Shown here in pieces: positions 18,468 to 28,589 of a stretch of 64,000 bases of DNA. Source of the DNA: Candidatus Aminicenantes bacterium (lineage in GTDB: Bacteria; Acidobacteriota; Aminicenantia; Aminicenantales; UBA8522); NCBI GenBank assembly GCA_963764885.1, contig CAVXUH010000007.1:634764-698763 (forward strand), given 5' to 3'. The stretch's first letter is position 1. Every line of letters starts with the position of its first letter. The position numbers and the translations under genes were made by a program. The notes beneath the pieces are model-generated. The model had not been told where the DNA came from, searched no databases, and saw only the letters and a program-made list of their open reading frames with translations.

Positions 18468-20558
18468 CTAACGGGGTGCGAGCCAGGCGTCGTGGAGCGT
18501 CACCGGCCCCGTGACGCGGATCGTGTATTCGCCAGGTTTCAAGGGTATCGTTATCCGCCGGGATGAGCCGGCGGCGATCTTCACCACCGTCTTGACCGTC
18601 TCTCTCAGGAGGACCTCCGCCGCGACCTCGGACGTCGCATCCAGAAGGAGCACCAGCTCCCAGCTCCCGGCTACGGGCGGCGCCGACACGCGGAGCGATG
18701 CGCCGGCGGCGCCCACGCGGTGGTTTCGTCCGAACTCGCCGCCGAGACGCCACTTGCCGTCGGGGACGAGGCTTATTCCCGGCTCGTGAAGAGAGGCGTT
18801 CGTGTCGCCGCCCGAGCCTGCCCGGAGATGAAGCGGAGCGTCCAGGGGGAACGCCCAGAGCTCGGCGATTTCGAGCCCCGGGTCGGGCCGGATTTCGATC
18901 CTGCCGTCGCCGTCGGGCTTCGCGATTGTCAACAGGACGTCTTTTCCCCGGCCGGGGCCGATCGCCGCGTGTTTCGTGCGCGCCGGCCCGTCGGATACGG
19001 AGAGGCCGGTCTTTCCGGCGGTCCCGCCGCCTCCCGCCAGCCTGAGCCCGATCACGGTCTCACCGGCGACGTTCGCCAGGAAGGCTGTCGTCCCGTCGAA
19101 TTCGAGCCTCGCTTCCGTTTCCATCGGCTCTTTCCCCTTGACATACCTGAAGACGAAGTCGTCCGGGCGGGCCCACCCTTCCGAAACGGCGCCGCCTCCC
19201 GTCCGCCGCAGCTCGACGATGAGCGGGGTCTTGGGTTTCCAGGTTTTCTGGATGAGGCTCCTCGGCAGCCGGTAACGCTCGAGCCCGACCCCTCCGCTCC
19301 CGCTCCCTCCCGCACCCGCCATCCTTTCTAGCTCCAGCCAGCTCCCCGCAACGAGGGCTTCGAGCTTGGCGCTCTGCGGACCCGCCGTTTTCAAAATCAC
19401 GAGATAGTCCTTGTTCGGGTCGGGCTCGACGAGATAGACCCGGCCGGCCCCCCCCTTTTCGAGCCAGAGCCCGATCTTCGGCTGCGTCGCCGGGTCCTCG
19501 GCGCCTCCCGCCTCGAAGAAAACCGCCGGATAGGTCATGGGTTTGGGCAGGTACGCCTTCCTCGCGAACCAGTAGAGGTCATCGTAAACGGCCCGCTCGA
19601 CCGGGTTCCGGCTCCGCCCGCACTTGATGTATCCCATGTAGCCGTCGTAATACATCAGCGGCCCGTTCCTGTAGCCGTAGACGTCCGCCGACATCAGGTA
19701 ATGGGTGTAGCGGCCGAGCTTCCAGCCCGTGGCGTAAGCGCCGTGGTCGAATTCGACCTCCACGCACGAACCCATGGCCCTGGCGGTCGAGACCGTATCG
19801 TCGAGGTCCTGGGCGGCGTACTTTTCGTTCCGATCGGCCCAAAAGTAGTTCGGCTGCAACCAGACCCCGTCGAACTTGATGTCCCCCGCTTTCCATTTTT
19901 CAAGGTGGGCCCTGTTCTCGTGTCCGACATCGTAGGGGATCCAGTACAGGCGGAGTCCCCGGCGGCTGAGGTCCTCATGGAGGGAATTGACGATGTCCGC
20001 GTTCGTGCCGTCGACGCCTTCGTGAAACCAGTAAAACCCGTCGAGCGCGATCCGGCGGTAGCCTTTATCGCCGAAACGCCGGACGCAGCGGTCGACGAAG
20101 TCCTTGACCACCTTCTCCTGCCCCGCCGCGTCGGCAGCCACCGGCGGCCGGGGAATGGAGATGATCACTTTCCGCGGGGCGGCCGGTCCGAGCCGGACTT
20201 CGAGCTTCCCGGCGTCCCCCTCCAGGGCGTCGAGCTGGCGGTCCGGCTCGAACAGCCTCTCCAGCCACCAGTCCCAGTCCGTCGCGTCCGCCTGGCCATC
20301 CCAGAAATTCCGCTTCGACGGTGTGTTGATGGACAGGAAGAGGAACCCGTCGAACAGCCGGTCCCGCGGCTTCCCATCTTTGTCGATATAGGCCAGGTAA
20401 TAATCGAAGCCGCCGGCCTGCCAATCGCGGCCGGGGTCGGCATAGACGAGGATGGTGTTCGAGAACGGGATCTCAGCGGCGGGCAGCGCGGCCGCCGGCG
20501 TCAGCAACGACCAGGCGAGGAGAGCGAGGAGGAGGGTGCCGTGCATCGGCGCCCTCAC
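18468..20558 (-). CDS. secreted hypothetical protein, glycoside-hydrolase-like TIM barrel (possible DUF4855 family) with C-terminal beta-sandwich domains
   Basis: Signal peptide. DGFYWFHEG...RLYWIPY segment reminiscent of GH-like (DUF4855) barrels. The family assignment is tentative. Confidence 0.45.
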   Translation of the reverse strand: MRAPMHGTLLLALLAWSLLTPAAALPAAEIPFSNTILVYADPGRDWQAGGFDYYLAYIDKDGKPRDRLFDGFLFLSINTPSKRNFWDGQADATDWDWWLERLFEPDRQLDALEGDAGKLEVRLGPAAPRKVIISIPRPPVAADAAGQEKVVKDFVDRCVRRFGDKGYRRIALDGFYWFHEGVDGTNADIVNSLHEDLSRRGLRLYWIPYDVGHENRAHLEKWKAGDIKFDGVWLQPNYFWADRNEKYAAQDLDDTVSTARAMGSCVEVEFDHGAYATGWKLGRYTHYLMSADVYGYRNGPLMYYDGYMGYIKCGRSRNPVERAVYDDLYWFARKAYLPKPMTYPAVFFEAGGAEDPATQPKIGLWLEKGGAGRVYLVEPDPNKDYLVILKTAGPQSAKLEALVAGSWLELERMAGAGGSGSGGVGLERYRLPRSLIQKTWKPKTPLIVELRRTGGGAVSEGWARPDDFVFRYVKGKEPMETEARLEFDGTTAFLANVAGETVIGLRLAGGGGTAGKTGLSVSDGPARTKHAAIGPGRGKDVLLTIAKPDGDGRIEIRPDPGLEIAELWAFPLDAPLHLRAGSGGDTNASLHEPGISLVPDGKWRLGGEFGRNHRVGAAGASLRVSAPPVAGSWELVLLLDATSEVAAEVLLRETVKTVVKIAAGSSRRITIPLKPGEYTIRVTGPVTLHDAWLAPR

Positions 20559-20564
20559 TCGCTT

Positions 20565-22142
20565 TCAGCGGCCCGCGGCCGCCGGCCACATCCGGACGAG
20601 GACGACCCCGTGCCGTCCGACCGCCGCCTCGAACCTCCCGTCGCTCACCCCGACATCCCGCTGCCGCCACAGGTCCCGAACCCGCTGCGGTCCGCGGAGG
20701 CCGAGGTCCTGCCAATCCGCCTTGACCGTTTTGATCCCCTCGCCCCTGTTGAAGAGCCCGACAGCCAGCGACCCGTCCTCCAGCGGCCGGCTCCAGACCT
20801 CCAGGCTCCCATCTTTGGCCGCCCGCCGCCCGGGCCGCCCGAGCGGGTCCTGGTCGACGTCGATGACCTCGTCGTTGGTGAGCAGGCCGAGCGTGAAGCC
20901 GTCCAGACGCGTGATATCGCCGCTCAGGATGAGGGGGGCCGCCACCAGGCACCAGAGCGAGACGTGCGAGTACTGTTCGTTCGGGGTGAGCGGCGTGGGA
21001 ACGGTCGCTCCCTTCCAGTTGCTGAGATAGCCGATGAGGAGATAGTCCGGGTCGTTCCAGCCGCCCGGGCCGCCGTGCTTCTCGAGCGATCTTTCGGCGT
21101 AAAGATCGAACCCGTCCCGGAAGAGCGCCTCGCCGATCTTCTCGAAAGAGCCGCCCAGGTCGCCCGCCGTGCGCCAGCTGTTCCCGCCGACCTCTTTTCC
21201 CCAGTCCCAGACGTCGCCCATCCCGTACTGACAGAGGTTGAGGACGATGTCCCGGGGCTGGCTTTTCAGTATCCCGCTCACGAGACGGTAGGGCTTCTGA
21301 TACTCCGGGAGGCTCTTGTCCTTGGCGATCTTGCCGTATGAGCACCAGTCGTATTTCAGAAAATCGAAACCCCACTCGGCGAACCGCTCGACGTCCTTGG
21401 CCTCGTGCTCCCAAGCCCCCGTATGGCCGGCGCAGGTCAGGGGTCCCGGCGACGTGTAAATCCCGGCCTTGAGGCCCTTGGCGTGGATATAGTCGGTGAG
21501 CGATTTCATGTCGGGGAAGCGGAGGTTGGCGTTGACCCGGCCCGACTTGTCCCGCGGCTCGCCCTGGAGAGTCGGGTCCGTGGAGCCCGGCTTCACCGCC
21601 CAGCAGTCATCGATGTTGACATACATGAACCCGTGGTCGGCCAGGCCGCTCTCGACCATGGCGTCGGCCGCCCCCCGCATGATGGCGTCGGTGACGTTGT
21701 TCTCCCAGACATACCAGCTGTTCCAGCCCAGGTGGGGAGTGAGGGCCAGGGTGTCGCCGCAGACGATCTTGAAGTCCCGGGCGGCCGCGCCCAGGCGGTT
21801 GGCCGCCTTGAGGGTGACGGCAAACGTGCCCCTCTCCGCGAGCGTCCCGGTGATGATCCCGGTGACGCCGTCGAGGGTCAGGCCGGCCGGCAGGTTCTCG
21901 GCGGAAAAGGCAAGCGGCCTTTCGCCGGTCGCCGGGATCCTGAAGAGAAACGGCGAACCCGGCCGGACCCCGAACACGCGCGGGCCGTTGATCCGCGGGG
22001 CCGGCGCGGGGGCGGGCGTCAGGATGATGGCCTCCTCGCTGGCCGGTGCCGCGAGGCCCGGAGACGGAGCGCTCAGCGCGACGCTGACGAAAACCAGGGC
22101 CAAGGCCCCGCCGATGAGGCGGCGTGACGGGATCTCTTTCAT
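20565..22142 (-). CDS. alpha-galactosidase, glycoside hydrolase family 27
   Basis: LTPHLGWNSWY, YVNIDDCW and KYDWCSY are the GH27 (melibiase) catalytic-region motifs. Signal peptide at MKEIPSRRLIGGALALVFVSVALS. The ORF-track start at 22352 is an upstream extension. Confidence 0.8.
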   Translation of the reverse strand: MKEIPSRRLIGGALALVFVSVALSAPSPGLAAPASEEAIILTPAPAPAPRINGPRVFGVRPGSPFLFRIPATGERPLAFSAENLPAGLTLDGVTGIITGTLAERGTFAVTLKAANRLGAAARDFKIVCGDTLALTPHLGWNSWYVWENNVTDAIMRGAADAMVESGLADHGFMYVNIDDCWAVKPGSTDPTLQGEPRDKSGRVNANLRFPDMKSLTDYIHAKGLKAGIYTSPGPLTCAGHTGAWEHEAKDVERFAEWGFDFLKYDWCSYGKIAKDKSLPEYQKPYRLVSGILKSQPRDIVLNLCQYGMGDVWDWGKEVGGNSWRTAGDLGGSFEKIGEALFRDGFDLYAERSLEKHGGPGGWNDPDYLLIGYLSNWKGATVPTPLTPNEQYSHVSLWCLVAAPLILSGDITRLDGFTLGLLTNDEVIDVDQDPLGRPGRRAAKDGSLEVWSRPLEDGSLAVGLFNRGEGIKTVKADWQDLGLRGPQRVRDLWRQRDVGVSDGRFEAAVGRHGVVLVRMWPAAAGR

Positions 22143-22459
22143 GACGGACTCCTTTTCTGTTTCATGTTCTGCGGCTTCTTGACCGGCTTCAGGACGACCT
22201 CGGTCGCGCCCCAGCCGCCGCCGCCCAGGTCGGCCGTCTTGAAGCTCAGGACGCGGGGGTCCTTCGAGAGGAGACTCTGGACGAGGCGGCGAAGCGTCCC
22301 GGTCCCCTTGCCGTGGATGATCCGCAACTCGAGGATGCCCCGCCGCTGGCATTCCTCGAGGTATTCCGGCACCAGGCTCTTGACCTCTTCGGCCCGGAAG
22401 GCGTGAAGGTCCAACACGCCGTCGATCGGAATCGCGAAGGGCTGGTCTTCGTTCATCAT
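22139..22459 (-). CDS. Smr-domain protein
   Basis: DLHAFRAEE...LRIIHGKGTG, the Smr (MutS2-related nuclease) domain. Probable start at MMNEDQ. 4-nt overlap with the GH27 gene. Confidence 0.6.
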   Translation of the reverse strand: MMNEDQPFAIPIDGVLDLHAFRAEEVKSLVPEYLEECQRRGILELRIIHGKGTGTLRRLVQSLLSKDPRVLSFKTADLGGGGWGATEVVLKPVKKPQNMKQKRSPS

Positions 22460-22548
22460 TCGGTTTCGCGGCCTATTGTATGGAAACGCGTGCCGCGACT
22501 CAACCCGCGCGCCTTGAGTCACTTCTTGCGTTCTGTTAAAATCTGTCA

Positions 22549-24081
22549 GTGAGCAAAGTCTTCGTCCTCGATTTCGGGTCCCAGTACACCCAGCTCATCG
22601 CCCGCAAGGTCCGCGAACTGGGCGTCTATTCCGAGATCTTCCCGTTCGATACGCCGGTCGCCCTGATCCAAAAAGAACGGCCGGACGCGTTGATCCTCTC
22701 CGGCGGCCCGCGCAGCGTCTACGAGAAAGGCGCGCCCATGATCCCCGACGAGATCTTCCGCCTCGGCCTGCCCGTCCTGGGCATCTGCTATGGGCTCCAG
22801 CTCATGGCCCACCGCCTGGGCGGCCGCGTCGAGCCCGCCGCCAAGCGGGAGTACGGGTTCGCCCATCTCGAGGTCCTCGACCGGAGCGGCCTGCTCAAGG
22901 GCGTCAAGGACGGCAGCCAGGTCTGGATGAGCCACGGCGACCGCGTCGCCAAGCTCCCGCCCGGGTTTTCGGTCACGGCCAGGACGGTCAACGCCCGCGT
23001 CGCCGCCTTCGAGTCGCCGGGCCAGCGGTTCTTCGGCGTCCAGTTCCATCCCGAAGTCATCCACACGCGCCAGGGCCGGGCGGTCCTCGGGAATTTTCTT
23101 TTCCGGCTGGCGGGCCTCACGCCCGACTGGAGCATGAAGTCGTTCGTCGCCCGCAAAGTCGACGAGATCCGGCGCGCCGTCTGCCGGGAGCAGGTCATCT
23201 GCGGCCTGAGCGGCGGCGTCGACTCGCTCGTCACCTCGCTCATCGTCCATCGCGCCGTCGGCGACCGGCTGACCTGCATTTTCGTGGATAACGGTCTCCT
23301 CCGGACCGGCCAGTACGAACAGCTGATGGAGGGGTTTCGCCGCAAGCTTCACCTCCGGGTCGTGGGCGTCGACGCCGCCGACTACTTCCTCAGCCGCCTG
23401 CGCGGCGTTTCCTCCCCCGAACGGAAGCGGAAGATCATCGGCCGCGCCTTTATCGAGATCTTCGACCGGGAGGCGGGGAAGCTCGGCGGCGCCCGGTTCC
23501 TCGCCCAGGGGACGATCTACCCCGACGTCATCGAGAGCGCCCCGGTCAAGGGGCCGTCCTCGACCATCAAGTCCCACCACAATGTCGGCGGCCTGCCCAA
23601 GGGCCTGAAATTCAGCCTGATCGAGCCGCTCCGCGAGCTGTTCAAGGACGAGGTCCGGGCCCTGGCGGCCGAGCTGGGCGTCGACCGCGAGTTCATCGCC
23701 CAGCACCCTTTCCCCGGGCCGGGGCTGGCCGTCCGCATCCTGGGTGACGTCACGCCCGAGCGCATCTCGATCCTCCGGGAGGCTGACCGGGTCCTTCTCG
23801 AAGAGGTCCGGCGGTACGGTCTCTATCACCGGCTGTGGCAGGCCTTCGCCGTCCTTCTCCCCGTGCGGTCGGTCGGGGTCATGGGGGACCGGCGGACTTA
23901 CCAGCAGGTCGTCGTCCTCCGCCTCGTCCAGAGCGTCGACGGCATGACCGCCAACTGGTATCCGGCCGAGCCGGGTTTCCTGTCCCGCGTCTCGACCCGG
24001 ATCGTCAACGAAGTCGACGGCGTCAACCGCGTCGTCTACGATATCACGACCAAGCCGCCGGCGACGATCGAGTGGGAGTAG
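22549..24081 (+). CDS. guaA: GMP synthase (glutamine-hydrolysing)
   Basis: GATase1 domain (ILSGGPRSVY ... GICYG ... HPE) plus ATP-PPase motif (SGGVDS) and the C-terminal dimerisation domain. GTG start. Confidence 0.95.
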   Translation: MSKVFVLDFGSQYTQLIARKVRELGVYSEIFPFDTPVALIQKERPDALILSGGPRSVYEKGAPMIPDEIFRLGLPVLGICYGLQLMAHRLGGRVEPAAKREYGFAHLEVLDRSGLLKGVKDGSQVWMSHGDRVAKLPPGFSVTARTVNARVAAFESPGQRFFGVQFHPEVIHTRQGRAVLGNFLFRLAGLTPDWSMKSFVARKVDEIRRAVCREQVICGLSGGVDSLVTSLIVHRAVGDRLTCIFVDNGLLRTGQYEQLMEGFRRKLHLRVVGVDAADYFLSRLRGVSSPERKRKIIGRAFIEIFDREAGKLGGARFLAQGTIYPDVIESAPVKGPSSTIKSHHNVGGLPKGLKFSLIEPLRELFKDEVRALAAELGVDREFIAQHPFPGPGLAVRILGDVTPERISILREADRVLLEEVRRYGLYHRLWQAFAVLLPVRSVGVMGDRRTYQQVVVLRLVQSVDGMTANWYPAEPGFLSRVSTRIVNEVDGVNRVVYDITTKPPATIEWE

Positions 24082-24083
24082 CC

Positions 24084-27000
24084 GTGGAGCACTCGTTCAT
24101 CCATCTCCACAACCACTCCGAGTTCAGCGTGCTGGACGGGGCGGTCCGGACCCGCGACCTCGTCGAGGCCGCCTACCAGAACAAGATGCCGGCGGTGGCG
24201 CTGACCGACCACGGCAATGTCTTCGGCGCCGTCACCTTCTTCAAGGAGGCGAAGGCCAGGGACATCAAGCCGATCCTGGGTTGCGAAGTCTACGTCGCGC
24301 CTCGCAGCCGGCTCGACAAATCCGGCGACAGCCGCGACCCCCACCACTTCCATCTCGTTCTCCTGGTCAAGAACGACGCCGGCTACCGCAACCTCTGCTT
24401 CCTTCTCAGCAAGGCCTATCTCGAGGGCTTCTACTACCGGCCTCGTATCGACAAGGAGCTCCTCTCGGGACACGCGGAAGGGCTGATCGGGCTGTCCGCC
24501 TGCCTCAAGGGCGAGGTGGCGTTCTATCTCGACAAGGAGACCGAGGAGGCGGCCGAGCAGGCGGCCCTCGAATACGCCACCTTCTTCGGCCCCGGGAACT
24601 TTTATCTCGAGCTCCAGGACCACGGCCTGCCCCAGCAGAAGGCGGTCAACCCCAAGATCATCGCCCTCGCCCGGCGGCTCGACCTGCCGCTCGTCGCCAC
24701 CAACGACATCCACTATCTCAGGAAAGAGGACGCGGAGAGCCACGACGTCCTCCTCTGCATCCAGACGAACAAAAAGCTGAGTGACCAGGACCGGATCCGG
24801 TTCTCGACGCAGGACTTCTATTTCAAATCGGGGCAGGAGATGGCCGACCTCTTCCCCGAGGCGCCCGAAGCCATCAGCAACACGACCCACATCGCGGCCC
24901 AGTGCAACTTCAACTTCCCCTCGGGCCACCACTTCCTGCCGGTCTTCAAGCCGCCCGACGGGACGTCCCTCCAGGAATTCCTGTCCCGGGTCGCGCGCGA
25001 CGGGTTCCGGGCGCGGCGGGAGGAGCTCGAGGCGAAGCGGGCGAAGGGCGAGCTCCTCCACCCGCTCGAGGACTACGAAGCCCGGCTGGAGCGGGAGCTC
25101 AAGCTCGTCAACCAGATGGGGTTCGAGGGCTATTTTCTCATCGTCTGGGACATGATCCAGACCGCCCGGTCGCGGGACATCCCGGTCGGCCCCGGCCGCG
25201 GCTCGGCCGCCGGCAGCTTCCTGGCCTATTGCCTGGGCATCACCCAGATCGACCCGCTCGAGTACGACCTGCTGTTCGAGCGGTTCCTGAACCCGGAGCG
25301 GATCAGCCTGCCCGACATCGACATCGACCTCTGCGGCCGGCGGCGGCAGGAAATGATCGAGTACATGACGAAAAAGTACGGCCAGGAGAACGTCTCCCAG
25401 ATCATCACCTTCGGCACGATGGCCGCCCGGGCCGCCATCCGGGACGTCGGCCGGGTGCTCGAGGTGCCGCTGCCCGAGGTCGACCGGATCGCCAAGATGA
25501 TCCCGCCCACCGGCCCGGACTCCACGATCCAGGGCGCCCTGGAGAAGATCCCCCAGCTCCGCGAGCTCCGGGACAAGAACGCCAAGATCTCCCACCTCCT
25601 GCGGATCGCCCAGGGCGTCGAGGGGCAGGTGCGGAATCCCTCGATCCACGCCGCCGGCATCGTCATCACGCCCAAGCCGCTCGTCGAGTTCATGCCGCTC
25701 TATCAGTCGGTGAAGGGCGACGTCACCTCCCAGTTCCCGATGCAGGACATCGAGGCGATCGGCCTGCTGAAGATGGACCTCCTCGGCCTCCGGAACCTGA
25801 CGGTCATCCAGGACGCCTGCGCCCTCATCCTGAAGGACCTGGGGGAGCAGGTCGACGTCGCGGCCGTGCCCCTCGATGACCCGGCGACCTTCGCCCTCTT
25901 CCAGGGGGGGAGCACCGACGGCGTTTTCCAGTTCGAGAGCCAGGGCATGAAGGAGCTGCTGCGGAGCTTCAAGCCGGAGAGCTTCCGGGACCTCATCGCC
26001 ATGAACGCCCTCTACCGGCCCGGGCCGCTGAACAGCGGCATGACCGCCGAGTTCGTCAAGCGCAAGCACCACCCCGAGAGCATCGCCTACGAGCTGGCCC
26101 AGCTCGAGCCCATCCTCAAGGAGACACGGGGGATCATCGTCTATCAAGAGCAGGTCATGAAGATCGCGACCGAGCTCGCCGGGTTCAGCCTGGCCGAGGC
26201 CGACATCCTCCGGAAGGCGATGGGCAAGAAGGTCGCGAGCATCATGAAGGCCCAGAAGCAGCGGTTCCTGCAGGGCGCCAAGAAGCGGAGCATCAGCTCG
26301 GCCAAGGCCAACGTCATCTTCGAGCAGATCAAGCACTTCGCCGAGTACGGGTTCAACAAGTCGCACAGCGCCGCCTATGCCTATCTCGCCTACCAGACCG
26401 CCTACCTCAAGGCCCACTACCCGGCCCACTTCATGGCGGCCCTCCTCACCTCGGAAGCCGAGCGGGGGGCGACGCCGCAGGTCGTGAAATACATCAACGA
26501 GTGCCAGGCCATGGGCATCAAGGTCCTGCCGCCGGACATCAATGACAGCGACCTCCGGTTCACCGTCGTGGGCGGCGCGGTCCGGTTCGGGCTGGCGGCG
26601 GTCAAGAACGTCGGCGAGGGGGCGGTCCTCGAGATCCTGGCCCAGAGACAGCGGCGGGGACGGTTTACCAGCCCCTTCGACATCCTGGCCGGCGCCGACC
26701 CGCGGGTCGTCAACAAGAAGGTCCTGGAGAGCCTGATCAAGGCCGGCGCCTTTGACTCGCTGGGCTGGCGCCGCTCCCAGTGTTTCCACCTCATCGATTC
26801 GCTGGTCGACTACGGTCACAACCTCCAGAAGATGAAGGTGACGCCCCAGAGCCTGCTCTTCGGGGGCGGCCTCGAGCCCCCCCAGGTCCCGGCCGAGGTC
26901 CGGGAGATGCGGGAGTGGGACGAATCGCTGCTCCTGTCCTACGAGAAGGACGCGCTGGGCTTCTACATCACCGGCCATCCGCTGGCCCAGTTCGAGAAGC

Positions 27001-27560
27001 GGCTGCGCCTGCTCGTCTCCCACACGCTCAGCCAGCTCGACGAGGAGAAGGACTTCAACAACGAGATCCGGGTGGCCGGGATCATCGGCGCCGTCAAACC
27101 GCTCAAGACCAAAAAAGACGAGCGGTTCATCAGCTTCGTCCTGGAAGACCTGAGCGGCCGGATCGAGGTGGTGGCCTTCCCCGAGAGCTACAAGAAATAC
27201 TACGAGTTTCTCCGGGAGGGAAACCTGGTCTGGCTCAAGGGCCGGTTCATGGGCGAGGGCGAAAACAAGCGGATCAGCCTGACGGATATCATGCCCCTGG
27301 CCGACGCCTTCCAGAAGCAGGCCAAGCGGTTCATCGTCCGGATCTTCCTGCCGGGGCTCGAGGAATCGGTCCTCAAAGATCTCAAAGAGCTGCTGGAGAA
27401 GAGCCCGGGCGAGTGCCCGGTCGTCTTCGAGCTCGAAACGCCGCAGGCCTATCGCGTCATCGCCCAATCGGTCGAGGTCCGGAGCGTGGCCCCGACCGAC
27501 GAGCTCGCCAAGAGCGTCGAGCAGCTCCTGGGCGAGGGCTCCGTCTCCATCCAGTATTGA
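24084..27560 (+). CDS. dnaE: DNA polymerase III alpha subunit
   Basis: PHP domain (FIHLHNHSEFSVLDG), polymerase core (GPGRGSAAGS, the palm) and OB-fold. Starts 2 nt after the guaA stop. The 23835 ORF-track start is an upstream extension. Confidence 0.95.
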   Translation: MEHSFIHLHNHSEFSVLDGAVRTRDLVEAAYQNKMPAVALTDHGNVFGAVTFFKEAKARDIKPILGCEVYVAPRSRLDKSGDSRDPHHFHLVLLVKNDAGYRNLCFLLSKAYLEGFYYRPRIDKELLSGHAEGLIGLSACLKGEVAFYLDKETEEAAEQAALEYATFFGPGNFYLELQDHGLPQQKAVNPKIIALARRLDLPLVATNDIHYLRKEDAESHDVLLCIQTNKKLSDQDRIRFSTQDFYFKSGQEMADLFPEAPEAISNTTHIAAQCNFNFPSGHHFLPVFKPPDGTSLQEFLSRVARDGFRARREELEAKRAKGELLHPLEDYEARLERELKLVNQMGFEGYFLIVWDMIQTARSRDIPVGPGRGSAAGSFLAYCLGITQIDPLEYDLLFERFLNPERISLPDIDIDLCGRRRQEMIEYMTKKYGQENVSQIITFGTMAARAAIRDVGRVLEVPLPEVDRIAKMIPPTGPDSTIQGALEKIPQLRELRDKNAKISHLLRIAQGVEGQVRNPSIHAAGIVITPKPLVEFMPLYQSVKGDVTSQFPMQDIEAIGLLKMDLLGLRNLTVIQDACALILKDLGEQVDVAAVPLDDPATFALFQGGSTDGVFQFESQGMKELLRSFKPESFRDLIAMNALYRPGPLNSGMTAEFVKRKHHPESIAYELAQLEPILKETRGIIVYQEQVMKIATELAGFSLAEADILRKAMGKKVASIMKAQKQRFLQGAKKRSISSAKANVIFEQIKHFAEYGFNKSHSAAYAYLAYQTAYLKAHYPAHFMAALLTSEAERGATPQVVKYINECQAMGIKVLPPDINDSDLRFTVVGGAVRFGLAAVKNVGEGAVLEILAQRQRRGRFTSPFDILAGADPRVVNKKVLESLIKAGAFDSLGWRRSQCFHLIDSLVDYGHNLQKMKVTPQSLLFGGGLEPPQVPAEVREMREWDESLLLSYEKDALGFYITGHPLAQFEKRLRLLVSHTLSQLDEEKDFNNEIRVAGIIGAVKPLKTKKDERFISFVLEDLSGRIEVVAFPESYKKYYEFLREGNLVWLKGRFMGEGENKRISLTDIMPLADAFQKQAKRFIVRIFLPGLEESVLKDLKELLEKSPGECPVVFELETPQAYRVIAQSVEVRSVAPTDELAKSVEQLLGEGSVSIQY

Positions 27561-27633
27561 GGTCAGATGATCCGCCCCGGCGGCCGCGCTCCCATTCAGG
27601 TTCTTAACTCCGTAAAGGCTCGGGGGTGTACTC

Positions 27634-27750
27634 GAGGGCCCGCGAATTTTCCCAGCGCGAAAATTCGCTTAGTCCTCGGCTCGCTCTCCTCTTCGAGGAA
27701 CCGTGCCCGCTCGCCTTCGGCTGACCCTCTTCGCACACACCCCCTCGCCT
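27634..27750 (+). repeat. intergenic repeat copy 1 (about 115 bp, two hairpins), 74 nt after the dnaE stop
   Basis: A 57-bp identical core (aaattcgcttagtcctcggctcgctctcctcttcgaggaaccgtgcccgctcgcct) is shared with 31314-31370. Hairpin gcgaatttt/aaaattcgc (9 bp) and hairpin tcctcg/cgagga. Confidence 0.7.
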
Positions 27751-27947
27751 CTGCCCCTTCACCAGATTAGCTCAATACATACTCGCCGTCCCCAAGGCAG
27801 GATTCCCTCGAAGAATGCCTCGGCGAGGCTGAACCTTCAATGGTCGCTACGGCCGCCGGGGGGGGATCATCTTCCTCATCTGCGGTTGACAGGCCGAGGA
27901 TTATGGGGATAATGAAAATGGTTCATTTCACTGGTTTAAAGGACCGC

Positions 27948-28568
27948 ATGCCCTATAAACTCATCGTCGCCGACGGGAGCCCGCTCGTCCACAAGGTCGT
28001 CCAGATGGCGTTCGGGACGCCGGACTTCGAGGTCCACGCCTACGAGGACGGCCTGGAGGCGCTCCAGGCGCTGGCCCAGGTCAACCCGGACGCGGTGCTC
28101 CTGGGCGTTTCCCTTCCCCGGCGGGACGGCTACGAGGTCGGCCGGTTCCTGCGCAGCCGGGAGGATTTCAAGAAGACCGCGCTCATCCTGATCAGGAACG
28201 GGCTCGAGCCGCTGGACCAGGAAAAAATGCGGGGCCTCGAGTGCGACGAGATCGTCTCCAAGCCGTTCGATTCGGAGAAGCTGGCCCGCTCGGTCCGGGA
28301 GATCATCGACAGGAAGAAAGGGCCGGTCTCCTGTCCCGAGGAATCGCTTCTCGACGAGGCCGCCGGCGCCCGGCCGCTGTTCGACGACACGGATTTCGCC
28401 CCGCCCGAGAACCTGCCCGCCGCCGACGACGGGCTCGAGGACAAGGTCCGCGGGATCATCCGGGGGGAGATCCTGTCCATGGAGCGCGAGCTCGAAAAGA
28501 GGCTCAAAGCCTCCCTCCGGGCCGAGCTCATCCAGACGCTCGAGGCGTCCGGGAAGAAGACCCCCTGA
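27948..28568 (+). CDS. receiver-domain (CheY-like) protein lacking the phosphoacceptor Asp (pseudo-receiver) with acidic C-terminal tail
   Basis: KLIVADGSPLV...PDAVLLGVSLPRRDGYEV aligns to the REC consensus with Gly in place of the beta-3 phospho-accepting Asp. Conserved Lys retained (VSKPF). Start could be at 27903. Confidence 0.6.
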   Translation: MPYKLIVADGSPLVHKVVQMAFGTPDFEVHAYEDGLEALQALAQVNPDAVLLGVSLPRRDGYEVGRFLRSREDFKKTALILIRNGLEPLDQEKMRGLECDEIVSKPFDSEKLARSVREIIDRKKGPVSCPEESLLDEAAGARPLFDDTDFAPPENLPAADDGLEDKVRGIIRGEILSMERELEKRLKASLRAELIQTLEASGKKTP

Positions 28569-28589
28569 ATTTCCGTTAGGAAGAAACCC

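Noticed and set aside
19701-21341. 546-aa plus-strand ORF overlapping the DUF4855-like and GH27 genes
   Set aside because: Antisense shadow ORF spanning two real minus-strand genes. No motifs.
22546-23829. 427-aa minus-strand ORF antisense to guaA
   Set aside because: Shadow ORF. guaA is unambiguous.
24036-27467. 1143-aa ORF on the minus strand antisense to dnaE
   Set aside because: Low-complexity, Arg/Gly/Asp/Leu-rich translation with no domain motifs. Such long antisense open frames are typical of GC3-rich coding DNA. dnaE on the plus strand is unambiguous.
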